Source of the DNA: Chrysomallon squamiferum
Lineage: Eukaryota; Animalia; Mollusca
Direction: 5' to 3'
Length of the DNA: 64,000 nucleotides
Assembly: GCA_012295275.1 (NCBI GenBank)
Contig: CM022679.1
Span: forward strand, 11,966,001-12,030,000
This document shows positions 10,921-23,302 of the stretch, in pieces (the first letter of the stretch is position 1; each line of letters begins with the position of its first letter). The notes beneath the pieces are model-generated. The model made no database searches. It was not told where the DNA came from and was given only the letters and a program-made list of their open reading frames with translations. The position numbers and the translations under genes are program-made.

Positions 10921-12368
10921 TATTTTATTTTATTTTATTTTAGTTTTGTTTATTACTATTTATTTATTTATTGAATATATATATATATAGTTTTTTATTT
11001 ATTTATTTATTTATTATTTATTTTTTTTTTTATTTTTTTTGCCTGCAACTTCATTTTATCTGTGTCTGTTTCTTTATATATATATATGGCATATGAATTT
11101 TTTTTATTATGAAGCAGTTAACGTAAGATGTGAGGCTGTGGCTAAACCAGTTTCTGTTAACTATTTCGCTAGAATTTAGACTAATGCAAACTTTCATTTT
11201 AACAATATCGTGTACACTGAGCGAAACCTGATTTCGTTTCCTTTTAAACCAATCACAGTTTTCTTTTTTAAATATGTTATAACAGGAGCCAATGAAAACA
11301 CATTTTTGAGTATAACGTTATAATTTCTTTAAGACACTATACCGGTGACATATTCTTTTAAATATTTAAAACATGCTTTTTTTTTTTCTCTTCTTCTTTT
11401 TAAAATAATTTTGAAACTGCGTCTTTCTAAAAAAACAAATTTCCTTCTGAAAACTATCGATATACTGATGCATAAGACAGGTATCTTCCAAGATGAAGGT
11501 CGCCTTAGTGAGCATTGATATAGGCTGAACAGATTGAGTCTACGGTGGCAACGTTCAACCATGTTACGATAAAGACTGAGTCGACGCTCGGTAACACCGA
11601 CAAACACTTCTAGGATTTGACCTCTGCAGCTGTAATAAAATCACTAGTTAATGATTGTTTACCATATTGTTTCATGTCCATTTGAAAACGAACACATAAA
11701 CACACATGAAACATAAAACTGCTCTGTCAGCTATCGTCGAAACACTTCCATCTTCTCCCGACACTGACACATACACATACACATATAGAAACACACGACA
11801 CAGACACCTAAAGACAAATACTTCACTACTGTATAGACACCCCATACTGGCTCAGTCATCAATACATATAACCATTCACATCCACACAAAGATACATATA
11901 TATATATATACACACAATTCTTATAATACACAAACCAGAATAAACGATAATATTGCTCTTATGTTATTGGGTGGATTTAGCGTTCTGTTAGCTACAAAAT
12001 AGTCCAGTAATAATTTAAAAAATTCACATACATGAACTCACAAAAGAAAATTTAAAATAAAACAAGGAAGAAAAGATAAAATGTTTTGAACATTTATTAT
12101 TACTATTTTTTGCTGCTGCTTGTTGTTGTTGTTGTTATTGCTATTGTTATTATTATTATTTTGCTGACGATAATATAAACGGGAAGTACAGTTACATCGG
12201 CTGAAAATATAAACATTTTCAAATAGACATTCTAGGAATTCTTTTCTTAAGAAACCTAGTTACCACTGGATCTGTAAATCGTTAATTTCATTCAGAGCAC
12301 CTAGTGATCTTTCTCTGAAACAACAACGCTGCCCGAAAACATCATTCCAGGGGTTTTCAAAGTCAAAA

Positions 12369-12482
12369 CCACGTGTAAGCTTACGTATATCCGATTGGAG
12401 CAAAGAGGAGCCACGTGTCGCGTTTTCATCATTTGATTGGATACAGATGAAGCCACGTGTCAGCTAGCTATCGTTTGAACGG
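12369..12482. promoter_or_regulatory. Three-unit E-box/CCAAT composite module with 42-bp period
   Basis: CCACGTGT at 12369, 12411 and 12453. GATTGG at 12393 and 12435, with degenerate GAACGG at 12477. Spacer sequences are diverged. Confidence 0.55.
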
Positions 12483-15110
12483 AGTTCTCTCGTGACCTTG
12501 TATTAACGTGTAGACTTTCAACTCGTGTTTTACATCAAGATATCTTTGATGTATGGTATGGAAAACACGTGCGGTGAATACTATTTACAAACGAGACTCA
12601 TAAACAAGTTAAGAGAAAAAAGGGATCAGTTAACTAAAAGTGACATAATGACTCGGAACTCATTCTGTAACTCATAACCATGAGATTTAAGTCACAGCTA
12701 AAAGAAAAAGAAGAACAAAGTTGAAAATGAAATCTTCAGTAACATTTAAACAAGTCAGTTAAATTAGCCCCAGTATATACAATAACTGAAGCAGACGTTT
12801 GTTGTTAACATTTCCATGGAACACCAAGATTTGTCACAATCTGATCAAACGAAATGGAGTTAGACCACAGCATTTACTTGACAAAGGGGCTATTAATGTA
12901 ATTGCTGATTATATTTAGGTTTTTAAACACTTTCTAGCGTTACGGCTGTACGGAGTAGATATAATCATCCAGTCATGAACGTTCGGCTAATTATTTAATT
13001 TCTCACAGTACAGATAAAATATCACATGTATAAATGAATAATGAATGCTGTGATGTTTAAGTGACCAAAATTTACATTTGTGACTACTGAATGTACTATA
13101 AATATATAATAATGGTGATATTATTATTACTACTACTACTACTACTAATAATAATAATAATAAGCAACAAAAAAAAGACAAAATAATAAAAGGAAGTCAA
13201 GATAAAAATAAATATACACTTCTATAATTAAAAAGAATAAAATAAAATAAAATAATAAAAATAATAATAAAAGAAACAAAATAAAAATAAAATAATAAAA
13301 CAAATAATTTAAAAAAGAGAGAAAATAAGACAGCTGTTAATTAAAAGATATAAAAATTATCCATTAAGTTACCTTGTAATATAATAAAAAATAAGATGAC
13401 GGAAATCAGTACAAGTGATAAGTTAGATATTTTGTTGAAAATGAAAGTTAAACTAGTGCTTTTCTTGTGGTTAACTGATTTGGAATATGTCTTGATGGTT
13501 ACTTTTAAGAAAGACTTAACTGAATTTAATAAAGTATCTGTCCACATCAGTAAAAATTTCTAATAGAATGCGATCCTAAAATCAAAAATTTTCATCCCAA
13601 ACGCAGTCTAAGGACATATTCTAGAAAATCATTTTCATCAATCAATTTCCCAATGAAACATTCTGAGAAAACTTGAGCAGAATCTGAGAAAGTTTCCAAA
13701 TCAACATTTCAGAACAATGAAGCGTTGTCGTTGCGCCATCCCCCCATAGCGTTGACGTCCTCATCGTGATTGTAATTCTGGTGTCATTGTTCAAGTGTTT
13801 AAAAACTGTAAAACCGATCGTTGTGTGCTGATGCTGTTGAAAACGCAAATTTGTCATTTCATTTTTTTTTTTTTTTTAAGTACTCGCCCTTTGTCTGGAA
13901 GTCGATTAAACAGTGATACTCCAAAGCCTATAATATGCTTAGAGAGTTCTTATGTTGCTTATTAGCGGGTACTGCTTTTAATAAAAATTAACTTTACACT
14001 TTTTTAAATTAATTTGTCTAATATATTTCTTTTCATAATTATTTTTATTCCAGTTGCTTCGTTTCGTTATAGTTATTTCATTAAATGCATTTTACTCACA
14101 AGTACAAAATTATATGTTCCATTTTATTAAAATCTATATAGAAAAATTAAAAAAAAAAAAAAAAAAAAAATCTTATTCTGGTTCATTCTAATAAATATAT
14201 TTTTAGTTTCTTTCATGAATTTTTGTTCCCTGTCATATTATTTCATTTTCGTTTCTGCAAGTCAGTCGCTGGAGGCAAGCGAAGAACATCTGACATTTAC
14301 TATGTATTAATAAGTGTTCACGACGCTGCACACATATTTCCGCGATTAAGTCTCTTTTGTGCTGGCGATCGATCTGTTGACAGCTGTGTAACCAAAAATA
14401 AACAAAAACGTATCGCCTTTACATGACAGCTAACATTCGTCACATTAATACACGGCTTAATGAGATCGATATCTTCTGTGTAATCAATAACTTTATACCA
14501 TGTTGGTGTAATAATTTACACTTGGATTAATTGAAGGTTAAAACTGTAGATCAGCGTGTGGTGTGAACAATACAGAATCAATTATATCACCAACATAATG
14601 TGCAACTGTGTCGTGCATATTTTTTTTGTCTCTGTTGCTAGTGTTTCCATTGTCGTACGTGGAAATCGGTCAACCGGTTAATCGTAAGATCCGCGTATGT
14701 TACGGTAAGCTCCAGCTCTTGTTATACAGAAGGGTTTTAATAACTATTTGGTTAAATTGAAGGTTTTGATAATATAGCTGTTAAATTAAAATGTGCAGCT
14801 AGTGAGTAATGTTATAGTACACCAAATACAAATGAATGTCTCATTAAACGGCAAAACCTGTGCAATAACAAAATGCTTTTGACAACGATTGTGCTATAGT
14901 CCGAATGGCCATATAACTAGGTGATTTCGTCCTGTGTGACAATATTAAGGTTAAATATTTGAAAAATGTTTGTTTACAGTTGATAAAATAAGACAAAAAC
15001 GAAAAGTAAAAATGGTGTACTGGTAACCTCATAACCTGAATTAGATAAAACGTTCAGCTGAAAAACTTTTCAACAAAATGTCACAAAAGTGTCGGCATAA
15101 TAATTATGGA

Positions 15111-15153
<43 letters not shown>

Positions 15154-16372
15154 AAAAACCTTTATCTTCTGTTTTACAGTACTTAATAAATATAAATAAA
15201 AAAACCAAATAATTACAGAGAGGCATTATAAAAAAAAGAAGAAAAAAAAAAGATTTTTAATATTTATATCCTCAAGTAGAAAATAAATTTCGCCATTTAC
15301 ACATGCGGGCTGATGTTATATCAACTCTTCAACAGCTTTCTTCATTATTAGCTCTGTTTCTTTATAAGCTGACCCAACGTCACTAAACAAACGATTTATA
15401 GTTTGTATCCGACACAGTGTCTGTTTACTGCTGTAACTTGATGGTAGCTGACAGCTCTTGTGGCGCCTGTCACGGCATGTCACTCACACCGGGGAACAAG
15501 CAACTTCGTGTGTGTCTATGTTTTGAGAATGTGTTCCGAAACGACAAAGTGATTCAACAACGTGTTGGTCTGTTGGCTATTCGGTTATCGGTCGGCTGCA
15601 ACAATTTCTGAAAATGTCTGTATTTGACGATGTTTGACCGAGCGGTTGGGTGGACTGTTTGTGAGCAACTTCATAGCGCTGTCGCTTACCGTCACCACTT
15701 AGTGGTTGATGTTGTCACCGAAATATATAATTATGACTGAAGAAGATAAGATGTTCAGGTCAAGACTGAAGCCCTATTGACATAAACAGGCGTTGTTATA
15801 TAATGTACAGGGGGACAATATATTGACATTTAGTAATCAGATTTTACTAAACACTTTGTATGTTCGTCTAACTCATCAGTACTCGGCCATCTTCTCTAAC
15901 TTTATATAATTGTACCGAAAACGTTTTGGGATAATTCACATTAAAATACCTGTTTGAAGCTTTGGATTTAATCACATCATAAAGAAAACAAACTAATGTG
16001 ATAATTAATTTCAAAAAAAAAAAAAAAAAAAAAAAAAAAAAGCAAATACTAATTTTATTAGTATTACTCACAGAAATTATTATAAGACCGTTAAAAATTG
16101 TGATGATATTATTTCCTCTACGAATGGACCATGTCATTCGCATTCCTGTTTATGGGAAGATTCATAAGAAAAGGCTTGCTGCTAATCGAAAAAGAGTAAC
16201 CCTCCATGCAGCGGCAACGGGTTTCTTATCTGTTTGTGTGATGTAATGCGGTATAAATATATTGAATTCATTGTCAAATAAAACATTTCATTTTTGCTTC
16301 ATTGAGGCTACGAATTATATCATTTGATAATAATATTAAGAAAATACATGTAAAAGTTAATAGTTTTGGTAT

Positions 16373-16507
<135 letters not shown>

Positions 16508-16835
16508 GATCTTTTTATTATCTAAAATATTCCTGTCTTATGATTATGATGATTATAATAATAATAAATCACATATGTACTTATTGTATAGTATACAAAT
16601 TGTAAAACTTGAGTAGGTAAAGCCTCAGAACCACGCATCTTACTAGACATTTTTCTTTATTATGCAATTCCTAGTTTAAAAACAACAAAGTCACAGACCG
16701 GAGACATTCAATATCCCAACAGAGGTAATTGCTAGACATCAGTGTTAACAGAAAAAACATCCTAGATCTAAACCTTACGAAAATATTACGACCTCACACC
16801 GTGGATTTACCTCGAAGCACTCAAGGCTGTAACCC

Positions 16836-16905
16836 GATAACTGTCAATCATTATAGTGTCAGATAAGGTTTGATTGACACATTCCTACTGCCTTTGATCT
16901 GACAG
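16836..16905. promoter_or_regulatory. Candidate enhancer core: inverted PBX/MEIS-type sites + GATA + TCF/LEF
   Basis: CTGTCAATCA (reverse complement of TGATTGACAG) at 16841, AGATAA at 16861, TGATTGACA at 16871, CCTTTGATC at 16891 and TGACAG at 16900. Confidence 0.5.
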
Positions 16906-19206
16906 CGGCAGCAGTGGGTTTTAAGAAAGATCAACGAAAATGGACTACTTGGGCGGATAGACAAATACATCCAGTGTTTGTCGTACCTAGAGAACCGCGC
17001 ACTAATACATTACGGGCGATGAAAGCAAACTTAAAAAGGATTAACCTGAGACGGGACGAGGCGCCTCACTCAAAAGGATTTAAGCTATAGTCAAAGAAGC
17101 GAGCTGAGTTCTCCAAGAACCAAATTTACCTGTACATAACGCGGGGCATTGTTGTTTCGGTACAAGGATTCTGTTTCATCTAATGCAGATTAAATCACTA
17201 ATGGCTTTCAAGGCCCCTTATATACGCACACATATAAGCAATATTTTTTTTAAAAGCAGATGAGAGCGTGGCAAATACATTGCTAAATGTTTCGATGTAA
17301 TACGTGAATAACGCTACTGTGGCAGGCCAAAAAGACAAAACAACCACGGAAAAGAACAAAAATTTAATAAATAGATTTGATCGACAATACTTTTATTTTT
17401 ATTTCTGGCTCTCTGTTTTCCCTCTATGTGTTGGGCTCCTGGGATACAGATCTTGGTGAATACATGTATGTATGTATGCGTGTTTGAGTACATTTGTATA
17501 TATTTAAGAAAGAGTGTATATATACGGGTATGACATATATTACATATATCTGTCAGTATGCTTTAGTACACGTGTGTGTGTACATGTATGTTGTGTGTGT
17601 AAATGTGTTTCAACGTGTACAGTTTTTGAGCAAAGCATTATTCATAATCATGAAATTTAATAACGTTTGTCTCCCGTAGAGTTAAAGAATGCATATCACG
17701 TGCATACTTGTTATTCTTGTTGACTGTGGTAAAGCAGGGAATCTAAGATGAAATGCAAAAGATAAAAAAGATAAATCAGTTCTTGTTTAAAATTTTAGGT
17801 CTGACATTAAACGAAGACATAAAGCACTGAATTTAATCTAGAAATCATTGTTCATGTAAAAAGATACGATACGAACTAACAGAAACGATAAACACTGAAA
17901 TTGAATTTTAAAGAAATTAGAAGAAGAAAAGAAAAAGAGAAAGGTGAGGAAGTAATAAAATCAGAGATCAAGGAGATTATCTAAAATTATTTTAAATTTA
18001 GATACTAGACTTTGTGTTTCCATTAGCATATATTATATCACTGAAAAAAAAAATTCTGTATCTACAGAGAACACGACGCTGAGAAAAATGTAGACACAAT
18101 GCAGGTATGTTTATTTTACTTTGGTTGTAACTATATTTCTTAATAATATTTTTTTTACCTTTCGTGATGGGCTTTTGAAGTTTTTTTTTTATTCTTTATT
18201 TTTATTTTTGATCCAAACAACAGAAAATTTAATCTGTGTAAGATTAGAACCTAATGCTTGTTATTTTATATTACATTATCTTTGTGTGTGTAAAATTTAA
18301 TTCCTTTTTTTTTTTTCGAAATATTCAAGGTAACAGTTTATTAAATCAGTAACAGGATTTTGTATTCATAGTGAATAGATAACAATAAGGCGTACCAGCT
18401 GTAATGAAAATGAATATTATTTGTCACCAGATTTGTACGAAATTAGGTGATTATTGACAAGCAGTCAAACGAGGGTGGGTGGGGGGAAATAAACGCTGTT
18501 CCCAGCACGTTTTAGACACCTGGTATAAATTGGCCGTTTAATGTAAAAGTTTTATTATTTATTGGGATTAAGAATGACAAGTTTATTGCAGCGTAGTTTT
18601 CAACTGTGCTGCCAACATCAGTTGGAGCAGTAATCAGTCTTAACTAGATCGCTATTATCCCTGAAACAAAGGCGGCCATGTTTGGGGAGTTTTACACAAC
18701 GGATGTTAACCGCAATAAAGCTGGGCGGTACCAGTCCAATATGCTAATGACTGTGAGTTATGGAACATTAGCTGTTTTTAATTCTTAAAATGACACTTTC
18801 ATGGATCAGCTGCAGCCTGGTTAGGGGTAATTACGGTTAGACAAATACATTTGGTCGGTTACGAAAAAAGAAAGTATAAATAAGACATGATTTGGCAGAA
18901 ACGTTAACGATTATTACTGCTGTATTTTTTTTTTTTATTTTTTTTTGTTATTGTTATATAGACCTGTCAATCCACGATGCATAAAATAACAGAAAACAGA
19001 ACCGTTGAGGTAGCACAAAGTAAACAATTAAATAAAATGCCAGTATCGATGTGTATTGAACTTGAAAAGATAAAAATAGTGTTTATAAACCCGGAATTAA
19101 TCAAACACACTTTAATTATTCATAGCTTTGCCGTATTATTATTTTCTTTTGAGTTTGTCGACGTTATTTAATGATTTAATGATTCCTTGTATGCTGAATT
19201 ATTATT

Positions 19207-19237
<31 letters not shown>

Positions 19238-20113
19238 TTATTATTGTTTGTGTTGTTGTTTTTTTCTGGACAGATATATAGCTGGAATCAAAGACTTAAT
19301 CTTTTTACAGTAATATATGAAACCAAAACGATTTTTTATTTTATTCTTAGTACCAGTTTGTAACGCCCTGTGTTCGTTTACAATTATATTTGTCTAAATA
19401 AAATACAATACAATCTTATATTTGTGTCGAATAAAAGCTAGAGTGTAGGAGAATATATTTTCTTCTTCTATTGACGTTTAGTAATCATCTGATAATAGAA
19501 ATACAGGTAAGGTTATTTGGTAAGTGTATTTTAAGCTTGTGCTGTGATCAGAATTTGAGTAACATTTATTGGCATTATCCAACAAGGTGAAATGTGAAGA
19601 AATATATATTTATATATATATATTCATGCGACGACCTGAAGTGGATTCTGTCTGAACATCTTGGTGTAGAGAAATATGTTTTTTAGTGCAGTTATCATCA
19701 GTTGCTTTCATTCAGTTTTGTTACAAACAAAATATCTTAGTGTGTGAATGTTCTTTTCCAAATGCAGTTAACAAGTAATATTGAAACTGTTTATCTGTGA
19801 AAAAAAGGAAGAAAAAAAGAAGAAGAAAGAAAGCGTTTTCCGTATTATTAATTCAAAGAACAACTTACATTTGTCAAAACAATTGTCGGATTTTTATTTA
19901 AAGTTAAAAGAAGAACTTATATATCTAATATTTTATAAAGATAATGGGAAACTTAATTACATTGATACATAACAGTTGAAACAATTTCAGGGAATATGTA
20001 TAAAATAACTAACTACATTTCACATATAATCCCATAAAGTGTATCAGACATTACTCATAATAACTGAAAATGTTAGGGATTAAACGTAATCTCTTGTTAT
20101 ACACATTGCCAGT

Positions 20114-20172
<59 letters not shown>

Positions 20173-20475
20173 CAAATGCTTACAGTAAAAATCAACAACA
20201 ATGTAGTAGATATATTCAGAGACTAATAATAATGCACATCAATTTGCTTGCATAGATGTATACGTATAATCAAAAAAAGAAAGAAAAATAATAAACAGAA
20301 TATATATAAGAAAAGTGTTGACAGCTGTCCTCTTATAATCGTCCTTGCGTTAAAAATATATGTCAGTATCTTATTACATATGTTAACGAAAAGAAAGAAA
20401 GAAAAAAGATTATCATATTTCATTTCATTTTATTGCAGCTGTTTATTAACTGAAATCATTTTCAATGTAATTTAA

Positions 20476-20510
<35 letters not shown>

Positions 20511-21957
20511 ATTTAATTAAATTTAAAAAAAAAAAAAAAATGTAAATAAGTTTCAGAAATGTTTAAAAGGAATTGTGTTGTTAAAATAACATGCTTATTT
20601 CAGAGTTATTGATAAAGACCTGCCAGCGCACATAAAACAGCAATAACAACTTTGTTTGTTTTGTTTTTATTTGTATTTTTTCCAGAACCAGTGGCAAAGT
20701 CAAAAGATTTACGTAAATGTTATTCTCAGCCCGTCCTCTGTGATAGATCTGTTTCAACAACAAAGCACGCTTGAATGGTTTTGATTCATATTAAATGACA
20801 AGCGATGGGGTATTCCCCCTGTGGCGACAACCAGTGTTTTCCCGTTGCTGTCTATCAACCCGAGATAATAAGGAACACGGCATTTTTGCCCGGAGCTGTA
20901 CTTTTCTTTGACAAGGCGTGTCTTTTGTGTCACATTACCTGTCCTGTCTGTCAGAGAGTTATACAGAGGGAGACAACTCTGTCACAATGATTGATGCGAT
21001 GTAAGCGACCCGTCTGCCGGCCTTTCTCAGCTTGAATATGTGTGGCCTTACAGGTTTATTTTAAAACCCAAATCCACCTTCATTGAAGAAACAGTCTATT
21101 TCTGTAATGCAAAGTTCAGCTCCTTTTTTTTTCTCTTGACCAACGCCATCTTTTTTTATTTTTTAATGTGATGAGATTTGAGACGTACTCTGGAACGTTT
21201 TTGATGTAGTCCAAATCATAAGTATGTGATAAAATTTAATATCTATTTAATGTCAATTAGGCTGGCAAATGTTTTGAATGCTAGATATCCCCTGTAGATA
21301 TCGGCTGCGATTAAGTTACATTTCATGTTTATGGCTATTGATAAGAATCACGAGTGACGCTTTGATCTTTATGCGTTATTGTCCTAGCTGTCAAGCAGAG
21401 TCTGTCAAACTCTTTTCAACACGCCAATCTCAATCTGTTTTCACACAGCCCTGCTCGCCAAAGATTGATTGATACAGATTGCCGCGGGCCTTTGATTCAG
21501 GTGTCTTGCTAAACACGACGATGGTATTGTTTTGCTATTGCATACCTCACGACGCAGGCCAAGAGGTGGACCCGTGGGTAAGCCACTCGATTGTCGTTAA
21601 TGAAATAACCATTCTTTAAAAAACAAAAGCAACAAACGATCCGATCCTTATTGTCATCAGAGATAAACAAAATAAGATTGAAAGTTGCAGTCAAGAATAC
21701 TGGCTTGTGGGATCGAGTCTGGATTGCAGCCTAGCAGAAATGCTGGAAATGATTTACATTCCAAAATTAAACTTTTCTATTAGAAAACAAAACAATATTT
21801 TCTCATAGTTGCTTTGATTCTGCTTTAATGAATGACCTCTGTAATTGAGTAATATGCATTTTCGGAATACTTTAACTGTGCTTCTTTGAATTGTGACAGG
21901 TATATATTTGTATTAAACATTTTAAATGCAGTCTTCTTTCAGATGTCACAAATAATA

Positions 21958-22003
<46 letters not shown>

Positions 22004-22689
22004 GATTAGATGAAACATTACACCACCTCTTAACATTGCTTCTATAAGCGCCTACACAGAAAAAACATGGATTTTCACAATATATATATTTATTTTTTTT
22101 TTTCAATGTTTTTGAATGGAACTGAAAACATGCAGTAAATTTATTCTCAGTACATTCTGTAATAAAAAGATTCTTAGAATTCCCCCAGCTATATCATTTT
22201 CAGTTCTTTAAATATATATGTAGAATAAAATTAGGAATGGTTCTAATAAATGAAGAGGAAAAGGAAGAAAAAGGGATGGAAATAATTACATATACATGTT
22301 ACATGTTATATTACGTTCTTTTCTTCAGAATGTTGCAATAGAAATTAGAATTTCGTGTAGTTTTGTATTGCCTGATATCATAATATCAATAATTATCTTT
22401 AATGTTTAGTCAACTTCATCAATAATTATTTTGTTCTATAAATCTTATTTTGATCAGCTGATCAGAATTTCGAGAGACCTGTTAAATAGTCCGGTTACCG
22501 CTTTTAGAACGAGCTACACTACGCCAACGCTCAACTGTTTCCCGGTACGTTCTGTCAGCGGGAAATCCACCGGCGCATTGTAAATAGTGTTGGGTTCGTG
22601 CTTTACCACGGGCTCTTTACAAGTCCTTTCATCTTTTATTTGCCTCGTTACAGAGTATATATTAACAGCACGCGGTGACATAAATCAAT

Positions 22690-23040
22690 TTTGATTGGCA
22701 GTTAGGCCATCAAAATGATTGATAACGGAGCCACAAGGTGACGGCTGACTAGCTGCCAAGTAATTATTATCCTGTCCTCTGATTGGCTGGATTTCCACAC
22801 AGCGCTATTCATCATGTGAAGCATTTATCAAACTTGACGTCACGTCGCACGGATCCTCCAATCACAGCTTGAAATGGGCTTTTATTTATAATTTCATTGG
22901 CAGGCGGCAAAGCCGTTTCATCTTGAAGTAATTCACAAGTGTTGTCGGGTCGTGTATAGCGTGTTGTCGTGCTGGGCGGTGTTCTTCAACAAAACTTGCG
23001 CTGTTCCGCAAGGCCTTTCACTCCTTGATTGACGTCTGCG
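22690..23040 (+). promoter_or_regulatory. Proximal promoter of the NET-family gene (CCAAT boxes, CRE, GC box)
   Basis: ATTGG/CCAAT at ~22694, 22782, 22858 and 22896; perfect CRE TGACGTCA at 22835-22842; GGGCGG at 22974. CpG-containing island ~200-550 nt upstream of the ATG. Confidence 0.65.
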
Positions 23041-23233
23041 GAAAGAGAAGCGAAGCAGACGAAAGTTTGCGGCGGAAATCACCGGATAGTTTTACCGAGA
23101 AACGTACAGCATCAGTATTTCAATTCGATTTTTTCTTTGTTTGATATTTTAAAAATATATATACAAAAGCAGTTGTGGATGTGAATTAAAATCATTGATG
23201 ATTTAAAGGATTATTTGTCTGTATATCTGAAAA

Positions 23234-23302
23234 ATGACGATGCTGACTACAAATGGCTCCCAGTATTTGCATCCGGATTATCTGCAACCTTTACCAACAA
23301 CA
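23234..23302 (+). CDS. ZNF503: NET gene exon 1 (MTMLTTNGSQYLHPDYLQPLPTT)
   Basis: ATG in context AAAATG; donor ACA|GTAAGT at 23302/23303; conserved HPDYLQPLP motif. Confidence 0.92.

Noticed and set aside
12369-12460. Regularly spaced short repeats considered as a CRISPR-like array or ER-stress element
   Set aside because: Eukaryotic context, repeats only 8 bp, no cas genes; the ATTGG-CCACG spacing (N12) fits neither ERSE nor ERSE-II.
21684-21730. 13-bp imperfect hairpin containing a B-box-like GATCGAGTC
   Set aside because: The stem is too short and the loop too large for a pre-miRNA, and there is no A-box or tRNA fold to support a SINE/tRNA call.
22451-22464. Perfect 14-bp palindrome TGATCAGCTGATCA upstream of the NET promoter
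   Set aside because: A few palindromes of this length are expected by chance in 64 kb, and there is no other support.
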